Below are positions 55,927 through 64,000 of a stretch of 64,000 nucleotides of DNA, one piece after another. Source of the stretch: Candidatus Bathyarchaeota archaeon (GTDB taxonomy: Archaea; Thermoproteota; Bathyarchaeia; Bathyarchaeales; Bathyarchaeaceae); assembly GCA_963697165.1 (NCBI GenBank), contig CAVOMX010000012.1, positions 128,001 through 192,000 on the forward strand. The letters run 5' to 3'. Both the position numbers and the translations under genes were made by a program. The notes below the pieces were generated by a model. That model searched no databases. It saw only the letters and a list, made by a program, of their open reading frames with translations, and was not told where the DNA came from. Every line of letters begins with the position of its first letter. Positions within the stretch are counted from its first letter, which is position 1.

Positions 55927-56132
55927 CTCCTTCTATTATAGTCTGTTAATATTTTAGAGGATTAATAAAATATAACAAATTATCAGGTAACTTAATTTAT
56001 TTTCTTTACAATCTGGACATTCAAACAAGCAATCTCCCCCAGTTATCTATGCCTCTACAGGTAGATCTGCCTTTGGACAACCCATATCGTTCACACTAAA
56101 ACAAAAAACAGCAACTATTGTATTCCAAAAAT

Positions 56133-56381
56133 TTATGATTCACTCTTTAGCGCCGCCACCTTTTTCTCCAGCGCCATGATTTCGTCAAACAAAACCCGCT
56201 TCTGCTCCTTCTGCTCTTCCCGGGATTTCTCTAGTTCCATCTGAAGCTTCATCCTCTCTCGTTGTAGCTGTGCAATCTGCTCCTGAAAATGGCTAAACGA
56301 TTGAATAACCGTATTCATGCATGACTCGCACGCAAGTAACCTATTCTCTTTTAGTTCCTTCGAAACATCAACGCCAGACAT
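56133..56381 (-). CDS. Small coiled-coil hypothetical protein
   Basis: Heptad-like Q/E/K/L pattern; CESC. Confidence 0.55.
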   Translation of the reverse strand: MSGVDVSKELKENRLLACESCMNTVIQSFSHFQEQIAQLQRERMKLQMELEKSREEQKEQKRVLFDEIMALEKKVAALKSES

Positions 56382-56488
56382 CCAAAGACCACAACCATAC
56401 CCTTGTGTAGTATAGAGTAAAATTGTTTTCCATAACTAATATGGTATGTCGGACATGATTTGAACCGGTGACCTTCCACACATCAAGC

Positions 56489-56703
56489 GTTCAGTCTGTC
56501 CTTAGAGTTTTTTTGGGGTTTGAGATTGTGAATTTGCAGAGATAAGAGAAAACAGCTAATAAAAAGTATACTGTATTTGCAGATTCTTTAACGAAGTTAA
56601 TCCTGGAAAGGTTAGGATTGAGTCTGTTCACCATTATCTAGGAGATTTGAATAGTTCAAGCTATGTCTACAAGAATGTTCTTGGTGCTTTGAAGGTTTTT
56701 TAA
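56489..56703 (+). pseudogene. Tyrosine-integrase int(C) relic (SAM-like domain)
   Basis: VNLQR*EKTA.../CRFFNEVNPGKVRIESVHHYL...YKNVLGALKVF*. Confidence 0.55.
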
Positions 56704-56976
56704 ATGCATGCAAGTTGGGCTGGTGTGGTTGGGTCCACGTCGCTGAACACGAAGTTCGCCACAGAGTTGGTAAATCTCCTGACGAAAAGAGAATGGGTTT
56801 TTCTCCGAGTCCCAACCATCCAACTTGAAATGTCAAATTCATATATAGCAATTTAAAGTTTTTCGTTTTGCGAGCAGACTTAGGTTATCTTTAATCCAGA
56901 AACATTAATTAAACAACTGATTTTTTTGTGCACCAATTAAAGAAACATAAACCACCTGAAATAGATTTGCACGTTT

Positions 56977-57384
56977 TCATGATTTTCTTTCAAAACACTC
57001 TTTTAATGGTTCCCAGTAGAAGTCGATCCACCCTTGCCTTAGATCAGCCTCTTGGGTGATTGGGACATCCGAATGTAACATTGTGATTTCTGTTTTATCT
57101 TCTAACTCTTTAAATGACAACTCTAATCTCGAGGGAGGAAAATCTTGAGGCCAGTCAGTTGTAACCCAATTTTGGACAATTTTTTTGCCTTCTACAAGTT
57201 CAAGATTCTTACCATGTATATATCCGTCCCAAACTGTAAACTTAGTACCTATATTCGGGTTTCCAGTAGCTTTACTTCCCGTGAACTCGGAGTGTTTATT
57301 TGGATCTATTAAAGCTTCATAAACTTCTTTGGGTGAAGCATTGACAATGACCTTTTGAATTATTGTAGATTTTTTAATTGCCAT
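56977..57384 (-). CDS. SRPBCC/Aha1-like domain protein
   Basis: ASPKEVYEAL, FTVWDGYIHG, IVQNW, GWIDFYW. Confidence 0.9.
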   Translation of the reverse strand: MAIKKSTIIQKVIVNASPKEVYEALIDPNKHSEFTGSKATGNPNIGTKFTVWDGYIHGKNLELVEGKKIVQNWVTTDWPQDFPPSRLELSFKELEDKTEITMLHSDVPITQEADLRQGWIDFYWEPLKECFERKS

Positions 57385-57445
57385 TGAGACATCAACAATT
57401 TGGATGGATTTTTATTGGGTGAAGAGAATTCAAATTTGATCATGT

Positions 57446-57799
57446 TTAGCTTGATCTGTCGAGATAAACCGAACCGTCGTCTGGAGGTTGATAAGCTGCT
57501 TTTTTTGCTTTTTTCATGGCTTCCACACCTTCTTCCCATGTCAAAAGTGGAGTGGTTTTAATTCTTTTGAACACTCCACTTGCTAGGAGAGCCATAGAAA
57601 GGGATGAGGCTGATACGTTATCGGGCATGTCAAGAATTGCCATTGAGTCATACTTACCAAATGATAAATAAGCACATTCTATGCTTCCTCCAAGGGTCTT
57701 TACGATTGGACCTGCAATTTCCAGGCGGTCTTGAGGCTCCCTTACCAAAGCAGTCCAAGCCTTGATTTGATATTCAATTTGAACTAAATATTTTGGCAT
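57446..57799 (-). CDS. GYD-domain protein
   Basis: MPKYL, GGSIE, SFGKYD, TTPLL. Confidence 0.88.
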   Translation of the reverse strand: MPKYLVQIEYQIKAWTALVREPQDRLEIAGPIVKTLGGSIECAYLSFGKYDSMAILDMPDNVSASSLSMALLASGVFKRIKTTPLLTWEEGVEAMKKAKKAAYQPPDDGSVYLDRSS

Positions 57800-58023
57800 C
57801 TTTACAACCCCCGTCTATTACTAATTTTTGCAAATTTTATCCCCTAATTAGAACGTTCGCAAAACTATGTAAACTTTTTCAATCGAGTTTCATGTATGTG
57901 ACCGATATGGATGGGCTAAAGCTGTTCCGCAAAAGGAAATAACTTGCCTATTTCTCTTCTTTTAGGATTCCCGCAGTGGAAATGCTAATATTCTAATTCT
58001 TGAGTAGTTCATTTGGGGAGAAA

Positions 58024-58218
58024 ATGAGTATTCCTAATTGGACAATTGGACTCATTTTAGCTATCTCAATGATTATTATTTGGTCTCAAGTAATATGGGG
58101 TGCAGTTTCCTATACAGACGCATTGCTGCTAACGGCAATTCTTTTTATTCTTGCCTTTGTTTTACGTAGCCTTATGTTTTATGTTCTAATGATGACCAGT
58201 AATAGATTGAAAGATTAA
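58024..58218 (+). CDS. Small two-TM membrane protein
   Basis: GGGGAG RBS, two hydrophobic helices. Confidence 0.55.
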   Translation: MSIPNWTIGLILAISMIIIWSQVIWGAVSYTDALLLTAILFILAFVLRSLMFYVLMMTSNRLKD

Positions 58219-59145
58219 CTGTCCCTCTTTTTTTGCGGGGTCATACCATACAGGCGGTTTCTTATTAAAAATAGCAACAACCATGTTTCTTTAGCATGAT
58301 GTATATTTCTTTTTGATCTTTTTCATCAACACTAAAAATCTTCAACCGCTTTATTTATCACTTTGTTCGTGTTTGACTCCACCTCAATTTTATTATCCTC
58401 CAGATAAATTTGGGTTTCACCCTTGTTAACATACTTCAAAATAACGTGAATCTTCTCCCCCAAAGTATACGCCCCAAATCGAAACCATACTTGTTACGTA
58501 ATTTTAAGCCTGCAAATTCTTATATAGGATTAACGTTTTCAAGTTTCAAATTACAGCCATTTTTTTGTTGAAACCAGTAAACCACTCGCCATCAATACCA
58601 CACAATTCTAAAAACACATGCACATTCTGATTATATTAATTATGTCGCCTATGCCTTTTCAAATCAATTATTTTGAAAAAAATATTATGCGTTCGGGTCT
58701 GTGGTCGTACAGCCAAGTCTGTTTTGATCCGCCATTACACTGAGTATAATTCTGAAAGATTACGCAGAATCTACGAAGAGGCTAACTTAATAGTGTTAGT
58801 ATAACCTCCATCTGTCACTATGTGGGTTTGCATGTAAATGAAATAATACTATCACTCTTTGTGATTCGGTCTTCTTATTTAAAAAACATAATTCTTAAAT
58901 TATTTCTCAACCATATATTAGTTTGGGGGAAAGAGACAAAGTCTATAATTCGTTAGTGCCTCAAATCTCTGGAAAATACTTTGAAATAACACGAGGCTAT
59001 GTAACACAGGTTCAAACTTACGAGAATGGCATTGAATACCTTGATATCAAACAGATCTCAACAATCCAACCAAAAAAGAAAACCTTTCCCCCTTTCCTTT
59101 TTTAAGTACTTATATTGTAAGTAAAACATCATAAAAACTGGAACC

Positions 59146-59322
59146 AAAACGACCATTATTCTATATCTCAATAGGAAACTTGTCAAAAAAGCCAGAGATC
59201 AAGGCTTAAATCTACCAAGAGTCACAGAAAAATCCTTAAATAAAATTTTAAGCTATTTAAGCGACCAAAACAAGCCTTTTTCTCAGTGAATGTTCTCTTT
59301 TAAGCAAAAGAGAAATTTCAAA
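59146..59322 (+). pseudogene. RHH/CcdA-like int(N) relic running into the tRNA antisense strand
   Basis: KTTIILYLNRKLVKKARDQGLNLPRVTEKSL...(slip)FLSECS...KVGRTGFEPAT. Confidence 0.5.
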
Positions 59323-59399
59323 GGTGGGCCGGACCGGATTTGAACCGGCGACCTTCTGCACGTCAAGCAGATGTCCTAACCAGACTAGACGACCGGCCC
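59323..59399 (-). tRNA. tRNA-Val(GAC), intronless
   Basis: GGGCCGG/CCGGCCC acceptor; TCTGC-TTGACGT-GCAGA; TTCAAAT. Confidence 0.95.
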
Positions 59400-59540
59400 T
59401 ACAGCCTTTTTAGGATGTTTTTCTCGTATTTAAGTTTCAGTTTCTTTAGATGCCTAAAATGTAATGGTTCATATACAGAAACCTGGGATCTTTTTCCCAT
59501 AACGCTTAATAGCATTCTTGTATGGTTTAAAATGTCAATT

Positions 59541-59618
59541 GGGCGGGTAGATCAGCCTGGAATGATCGCAGCGTTGGCATCGCTGAAGTCGCGGGTTCAA
59601 ATCCCGCCCCGTCCACCA
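59541..59618 (+). tRNA. tRNA-Ala(GGC), intronless
   Basis: G3:U70; CAGCG-TTGGCAT-CGCTG; encoded CCA; TTTAAA box upstream. Confidence 0.95.
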
Positions 59619-59897
59619 AACCTTCTTTAGAAGAAGCTTCACCAAGAAACTTCTCCATGTTGATTCACCACTTAAAAAGAAATGTGTGAAGTTGTATTTA
59701 CGATTTGCTTTCAATGGCATGTTAAGTTTATCTTGTAAAAAAGAGTCAGTTAACATTACGATTTTCTATATTTTTTATCCAATAAATTTTAAGTGTAACT
59801 TTTAGTAACACTATTTATTGCACATTTCGTGCAAGGGGGAGAGGACAACACTGATTCTGTTATTCTTTCCTATGAAAAATTAGGGGGAGGTGAGAAA

Positions 59898-60467
59898 ATG
59901 AGAAAGAAAATTATGCTTTTCAGCATTATGTTGTTAGCGTTGCTAATTGTCTCTGCTATTCCCGTTTACGCAGTTCCAACAAAAGGAAATAAAGTGGCAG
60001 TTACATTAAATATGACTCGAGACCCTTCCCTTGATGAAGAAATTTCTGTGGTAATTACTGGTCCTATAACCCATAGACATGTAATACAATATTATTACGC
60101 TACCATTACTTTTGATGATGGTACAATTCTTGCAGGAGACGACCCCGAAATTACAAACCTCGTTGTTGAAAGGGAGGTGGTATTTGTGCCGCAAAAGGAG
60201 GGAGAAAAAAGAATTTTCACAGACTACTATGAGTTTACATTCGGAGATGGAGGCTTTGAAGGTCAGGGTACCGTAATATTAGATGGCTTTGTTCTTAATG
60301 ACCCCCCACCAGGAGCAACATGGATTAGTTCGAAAGCATATGGATTGTTCCAAGGAACTGGAGCATTTGAGGGACAAACACTTAATGTTGGGCACACTTG
60401 GGGAGCACCTGGTAGTTCTGTAGCAGATTGGACTGGATACTGGCTAAAGTGTCAAGTATATCCTTAA
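59898..60467 (+). CDS. Secreted beta-rich hypothetical protein, paralog of 5463-5997
   Basis: GGAGGTGA RBS, signal peptide, FQGTGAFEGQTL, 46-nt identity block with the paralog. Confidence 0.8.
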   Translation: MRKKIMLFSIMLLALLIVSAIPVYAVPTKGNKVAVTLNMTRDPSLDEEISVVITGPITHRHVIQYYYATITFDDGTILAGDDPEITNLVVEREVVFVPQKEGEKRIFTDYYEFTFGDGGFEGQGTVILDGFVLNDPPPGATWISSKAYGLFQGTGAFEGQTLNVGHTWGAPGSSVADWTGYWLKCQVYP

Positions 60468-60800
60468 ATTGGGTTTTCAATCCCATATTCTCCTCTTTTT
60501 TTCTCACCAGAAAAACAGAAACATCAGATTAACACTTTCAAGTTAGCTCCATCATATATTTTTTTCAATCTTTCAAGGTTATAGTCAGTGTAATGTCTGC
60601 AATAAGACAATCAGCAAAAATGTCAATGACCTTAACCTCGAGAAAATAGCGAATTTGATTCAGCAAGCTAATGAGAGAAGTTCTAAAGTCAACCTGAAAT
60701 GTCTATTCAAGAGCTTGAAAAAGTCGAGACCTTTTAACTCTCAACGGCAATAATACTATCGCGCTAATATTACTAACCCTATTGAACGAGGAGGTGAGAT

Positions 60801-60962
60801 GTGAATTTGAAAGAATATGCTTGCATACAAGTTAATCACCACAAAGAAATACCTACGGCAATTGCTGATATGCAGAATATAGGTTGGCGTCTTCATACCT
60901 ATCAGGCTAATGGGTTTGGTACAGATGTAAAGCACTAATTATTATTTGAAAAGGGTGACTAA
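60801..60962 (+). pseudogene. Microprotein gene with in-frame TAA (60936); paralog of 63528-63689
   Basis: GGAGGTGA RBS; KEYACIQVNHHKE...GWRLHTY...VKH*LLFEKGD. Confidence 0.65.
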
Positions 60963-61146
60963 GCACACATGCTAAAAGGGGGTTGAAGAAGTCGCGACCT
61001 AATAGCAGGTAAGAAGATAACGCTCGCTCTGGAGGAGTATCGCCTTATCACGGCTCATTTTTGGATGTTGTTAATCATATATGTATATGTTCTAAAACTT
61101 AGTTTTTTATATTTCGCGCACTAATTAATGAAATAAGGAGATCAAA

Positions 61147-61326
61147 ATGAAATATAGAGTTCATAGGATTGATATTGATTTGACAAAAGGTCAACTTAAG
61201 TTAGAGCAATTTTTGAATGACTTAGAGGGTGACGTTGTTACAATAATTCCCAATGTTAATCCAAAGTTTACTGGTGGAGGAATGGGTGCAAAAGTAGATT
61301 TTCTTCTAATAATTGAAAAAATCTAA
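61147..61326 (+). CDS. 59-aa hypothetical protein
   Basis: AGGAG RBS; MKYRVHRID...GDVVTIIPNV...GMGAKVDFLLIIEKI*. Confidence 0.7.
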   Translation: MKYRVHRIDIDLTKGQLKLEQFLNDLEGDVVTIIPNVNPKFTGGGMGAKVDFLLIIEKI

Positions 61327-61508
61327 ACACCATAAACACAAAAACTAAATCCTAATTCACTCAATTTTTAGTTACTATTTAGTAAATTTGTGATAAACTA
61401 AAACTATGAGATAAGCCTCTTTATAGATCATCATATTCTTCATGGCCTTTAGAAATGATAGGAATTCCCCAAAAAAATTAATTCATAATTAGCTCATAGA
61501 TTGAAACT

Positions 61509-62054
61509 ATGTTACCAGAACAACGTGAAGAACTACTCAGAGCATTGAAAGCCCGTTTTGAGAAAAATATGAACCGCCATAATGGTCTTGAATGGGCTAA
61601 AGTACAAGCAAAGCTGGAAGCTAATGCTGAAAAATTATGGTCGCTCAATGAAATGGAAAGAACTGGCGGTGAACCGGATGTTGTTGGTCATGATAAAAAG
61701 ACGGGCGAATACATTTTTTATGATTGTTCAGCGGAAAGCCCTAAAGGTCGCAGAAATGTTTGTTACGACCGTGAAGGGCAAGAGTCAAGGAAAGAATTTA
61801 GACCAGAAAATAACGCTGTTGATATGGCAGCTGCCATGGGTATTGAGCTTTTAACGGAAGAACAATATCGAGAGTTGCAGAAACTTGGTAATTTCGATAC
61901 GAAGACGTCGAGCTGGGTGAAAACGCCTTCTGATATTAGAAAACTCGGCGGCGCCCTCTTTGCTGATCGCCGCTACGACCATGTTTTCGTTTATCACAAC
62001 AGTGCGTCCTCTTACTATGGCGCTAGGGCGTTCCGTGGCTCGCTAAGGGTCTAA
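61509..62054 (+). CDS. DUF4256 family protein
   Basis: RFEKNMNRH, MERTGGEPDV, DCSAESPKGRR, FDTKTSSW, GARAFRG. Confidence 0.88.
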   Translation: MLPEQREELLRALKARFEKNMNRHNGLEWAKVQAKLEANAEKLWSLNEMERTGGEPDVVGHDKKTGEYIFYDCSAESPKGRRNVCYDREGQESRKEFRPENNAVDMAAAMGIELLTEEQYRELQKLGNFDTKTSSWVKTPSDIRKLGGALFADRRYDHVFVYHNSASSYYGARAFRGSLRV

Positions 62055-62118
62055 ATTTGGAAAATGAATATTTAACACATCATAGTGATGGACGCGTTTT
62101 TGGAGTATATTATGGGAT

Positions 62119-62373
62119 TTGAAGAATAGAGGATATTACGAAAGAACATTGAAGGGTTATAGCAAAAGATTTAAGCTGTTAGTTAAAAATCCAAATCTGG
62201 ACGATTCTGATTCTGTTAATCGTTTTATTGCAAGTAGCGAAGGCTGGTCTAATTTCTATAAAGAAGGCGTGGTTAAGGCATATGTTCATTATGTCAGATA
62301 TTACGGATTAAGCATCATTAAGTTCGCTTTTTCATTGATTTCTTTTGATCTCTCTATTCAATGTGGATTGTAG
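62119..62373 (+). pseudogene. N-terminal fragment of an archaeal tyrosine recombinase
   Basis: RGYYERTLKGYSKR, NLDDSDSV..FIA, WSNFYKE..VKAYVHYVRYYGL; no catalytic domain follows. Confidence 0.6.
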
Positions 62374-62472
62374 TGTTTAGCCAGAACGTTTCCAGATTCT
62401 GCCCTAACCGCAAACATATTTAGGAGTTGTTGCTAGAATACTAAGAAGAGTTTTGGGGGAATGTGAGTCTTT

Positions 62473-62970
62473 ATGTCTCTTCTTGATTTGATTCTCAGCC
62501 GAAGGAGCATTAGAAAATATGAAAACAAAGATATACCCGAAGATGTTTTGCAGCAAATTCTTGAGACTGGCAGACAGGCTCCTTCAGCTGCTAATAGACA
62601 GCCTATTCGTTTCATCATTGTAAATGATCATGATATACTAAAGAACTTATGCGATAATTTGATTACCCGTTTTGTCAAATATGCTCCCGTCGCGATTGTT
62701 GGGTGTGCAGACATAAAATCGCTTTTGACTGGAAAATGGGCCGTTGTTGACGCTACAATTGCAATGGAGAACATGGTTATTGCCGCGTGGACTTTAGGGA
62801 TCGGTTCATGTTGGATAGGAGCTTGCAACGAAGAAAAAGTTAAGGAAATGCTGAAAATCCCTGATAAATGGAAGGTTGTTGCGTTATTAACTTTCGGGTA
62901 TCCTGCCGAAAAGCCAGAACAAAGAAAGAAGAAACCTTTTGAAAAAATGTTTAGCTTTAACAGTTTCTAA
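62473..62970 (+). CDS. Nitroreductase family protein
   Basis: RRSIRKY, APSAANRQP, GIGSCWIG, FGYP. Confidence 0.95.
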   Translation: MSLLDLILSRRSIRKYENKDIPEDVLQQILETGRQAPSAANRQPIRFIIVNDHDILKNLCDNLITRFVKYAPVAIVGCADIKSLLTGKWAVVDATIAMENMVIAAWTLGIGSCWIGACNEEKVKEMLKIPDKWKVVALLTFGYPAEKPEQRKKKPFEKMFSFNSF

Positions 62971-63089
62971 ATACTTGTAGATAGGAACAGTTATTTTGTT
63001 TTTCTGGAACCTACTTGTCTAATCATCTTTAAATCAGCTTTTTCATAAATTTCTTTAAGATTGAGAACGATACTTCAATATGATCAAAC

Positions 63090-63503
63090 ATGTTATCCAA
63101 TGCAACAGATATTTATAATGAAGAGAGGGAATTGGAAGTTCTTTCAGAGATGGCCATTAAAACAAAAGAAATTGATTGGAAACCAGCGATTATATTGTCA
63201 GCTGCCTATCTGGAAAAGTTTGGAGTGTTGAGAATATCCGAGTTTCTAAAGAATCGTAGAATTAAACTTGGTAAGAAATTGGATAATCTTTCCCTTAATG
63301 ATCTATCCGTTTTTCTTTATACGTTGTACCAAATTAACGATAAAGAATTTACCCAAATCAACCAAATTCGAAAAGAGAGAAATAGAATTATTCATCCAAG
63401 AGGAACCAGAATTCCAGTGCATTTTGGTGAAAAAGCTAACAATAAATATGAAAAAATGGTTGAGAATGCAATTAACATAATTTCTTCATTGAAATCAGAT
63501 TAG
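63090..63503 (+). CDS. Hypothetical protein with HEPN-like RxxxxH motif
   Basis: AIILSAAYLE ... IRKERNRIIH. Confidence 0.6.
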   Translation: MLSNATDIYNEERELEVLSEMAIKTKEIDWKPAIILSAAYLEKFGVLRISEFLKNRRIKLGKKLDNLSLNDLSVFLYTLYQINDKEFTQINQIRKERNRIIHPRGTRIPVHFGEKANNKYEKMVENAINIISSLKSD

Positions 63504-63527
63504 TGAATCACCAAGTTTGCTTTTATC

Positions 63528-63689
63528 CTATTCGCCTTTTTCAAATAGCAAATAATGATTTACGGCCATCATTGCCCCAATTCCAGCACAAGCATAAGTA
63601 TGGAGATGCCAGCCTTTCTTTTGCCATTCTTCAATCACTTCACCAACATTCTTATGATCACCAACTATCACGCATTTCCACTCCTTCAA
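63528..63689 (-). CDS. 53-aa microprotein (absent from ORF track)
   Basis: GAGGTGA RBS, TTG start; MKEWKCVIVGDHKNVGEVIEEWQKKGWHLHTYACAGIGAMMAVNHYLLFEKGE*. Confidence 0.75.
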   Translation of the reverse strand: MKEWKCVIVGDHKNVGEVIEEWQKKGWHLHTYACAGIGAMMAVNHYLLFEKGE

Positions 63690-64000
63690 AATCAATCACC
63701 TCAAAACCCAATAGAACAAAGAAATTAATCTACCTTCTTAAGCCAACTTTCAATAAAAGAGTCGAAAGTTTGCTTTCCATAGATTTTCTTCAATCTTTCT
63801 GGACTATGATCAGTATAATGTCTTCAAAAATGCTAAGTAGATTACCGCAAAACTTGTTACCATCCTTATTTACTGGAGCGTGATAAAACCACAATTAATA
63901 TGAAGATTATGAATAGTATGATGCCTGCCTCAAAAAGAAAAGGAGGAAATTGAAGTTCTTGCCCTACTATAAATTCAAATTTTTGTTCTGAAGAAAAATC

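Larger units (their letters stand above)
56443..59368. mobile_element. Decayed integrated element at tRNA-Val(GAC) with split-integrase relics
   Basis: Direct repeat 56443-56488 versus 59323-59368 (37/46 identical, tRNA 3' half); integrase-like relic directly after the left copy. Confidence 0.75.

Noticed and set aside
59340..59756. ORFs overlapping tRNA-Val and tRNA-Ala
   Set aside because: Spurious translations of tRNA genes
63503..63883. 126-aa plus-strand ORF
   Set aside because: Antisense to the RBS-supported 53-aa gene that has a paralog in the window

Overview
Archaeal chromosomal window. It is probably Bathyarchaeia/TACK, inferred from the crenarchaeal-type SSB, FEN1, CDC48, EF-1beta, an archaeal SRP RNA, tRNAs with non-canonical introns and a PQQ-type beta-propeller surface protein. 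Housekeeping genes include iscSU, proBA, rtcB, an OGG-type glycosylase, pcm, fen, cdc48 and ef1b. The window also holds three ABC modules, five tRNAs (three with bulge-helix-bulge introns) and several decayed accessory islands next to tRNAs. Many genes carry 1-nt indels that look like long-read consensus errors. One frame break does not fit that pattern. The protein-repair gene pcm is interrupted by a 31-nt insert (21709-21739) that folds into a canonical bulge-helix-bulge (BHB) motif. Its predicted cut sites restore the conserved QTxSAPHMVA motif exactly, so this is a candidate spliced mRNA intron in an archaeal gene other than cbf5, about 2 kb from the RtcB ligase gene. Other highlights: an IscS with Asp in place of the PLP lysine, a PadR operator pair flanking an ABC cassette, a probable helical-domain/ABC-ATPase fusion, a phospholipase-C-fold/CBM42 fusion, a relic split-integrase element at tRNA-Val(GAC), and three related microprotein genes absent from the ORF track. 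All family assignments come from motif recognition by eye; no searches were run.
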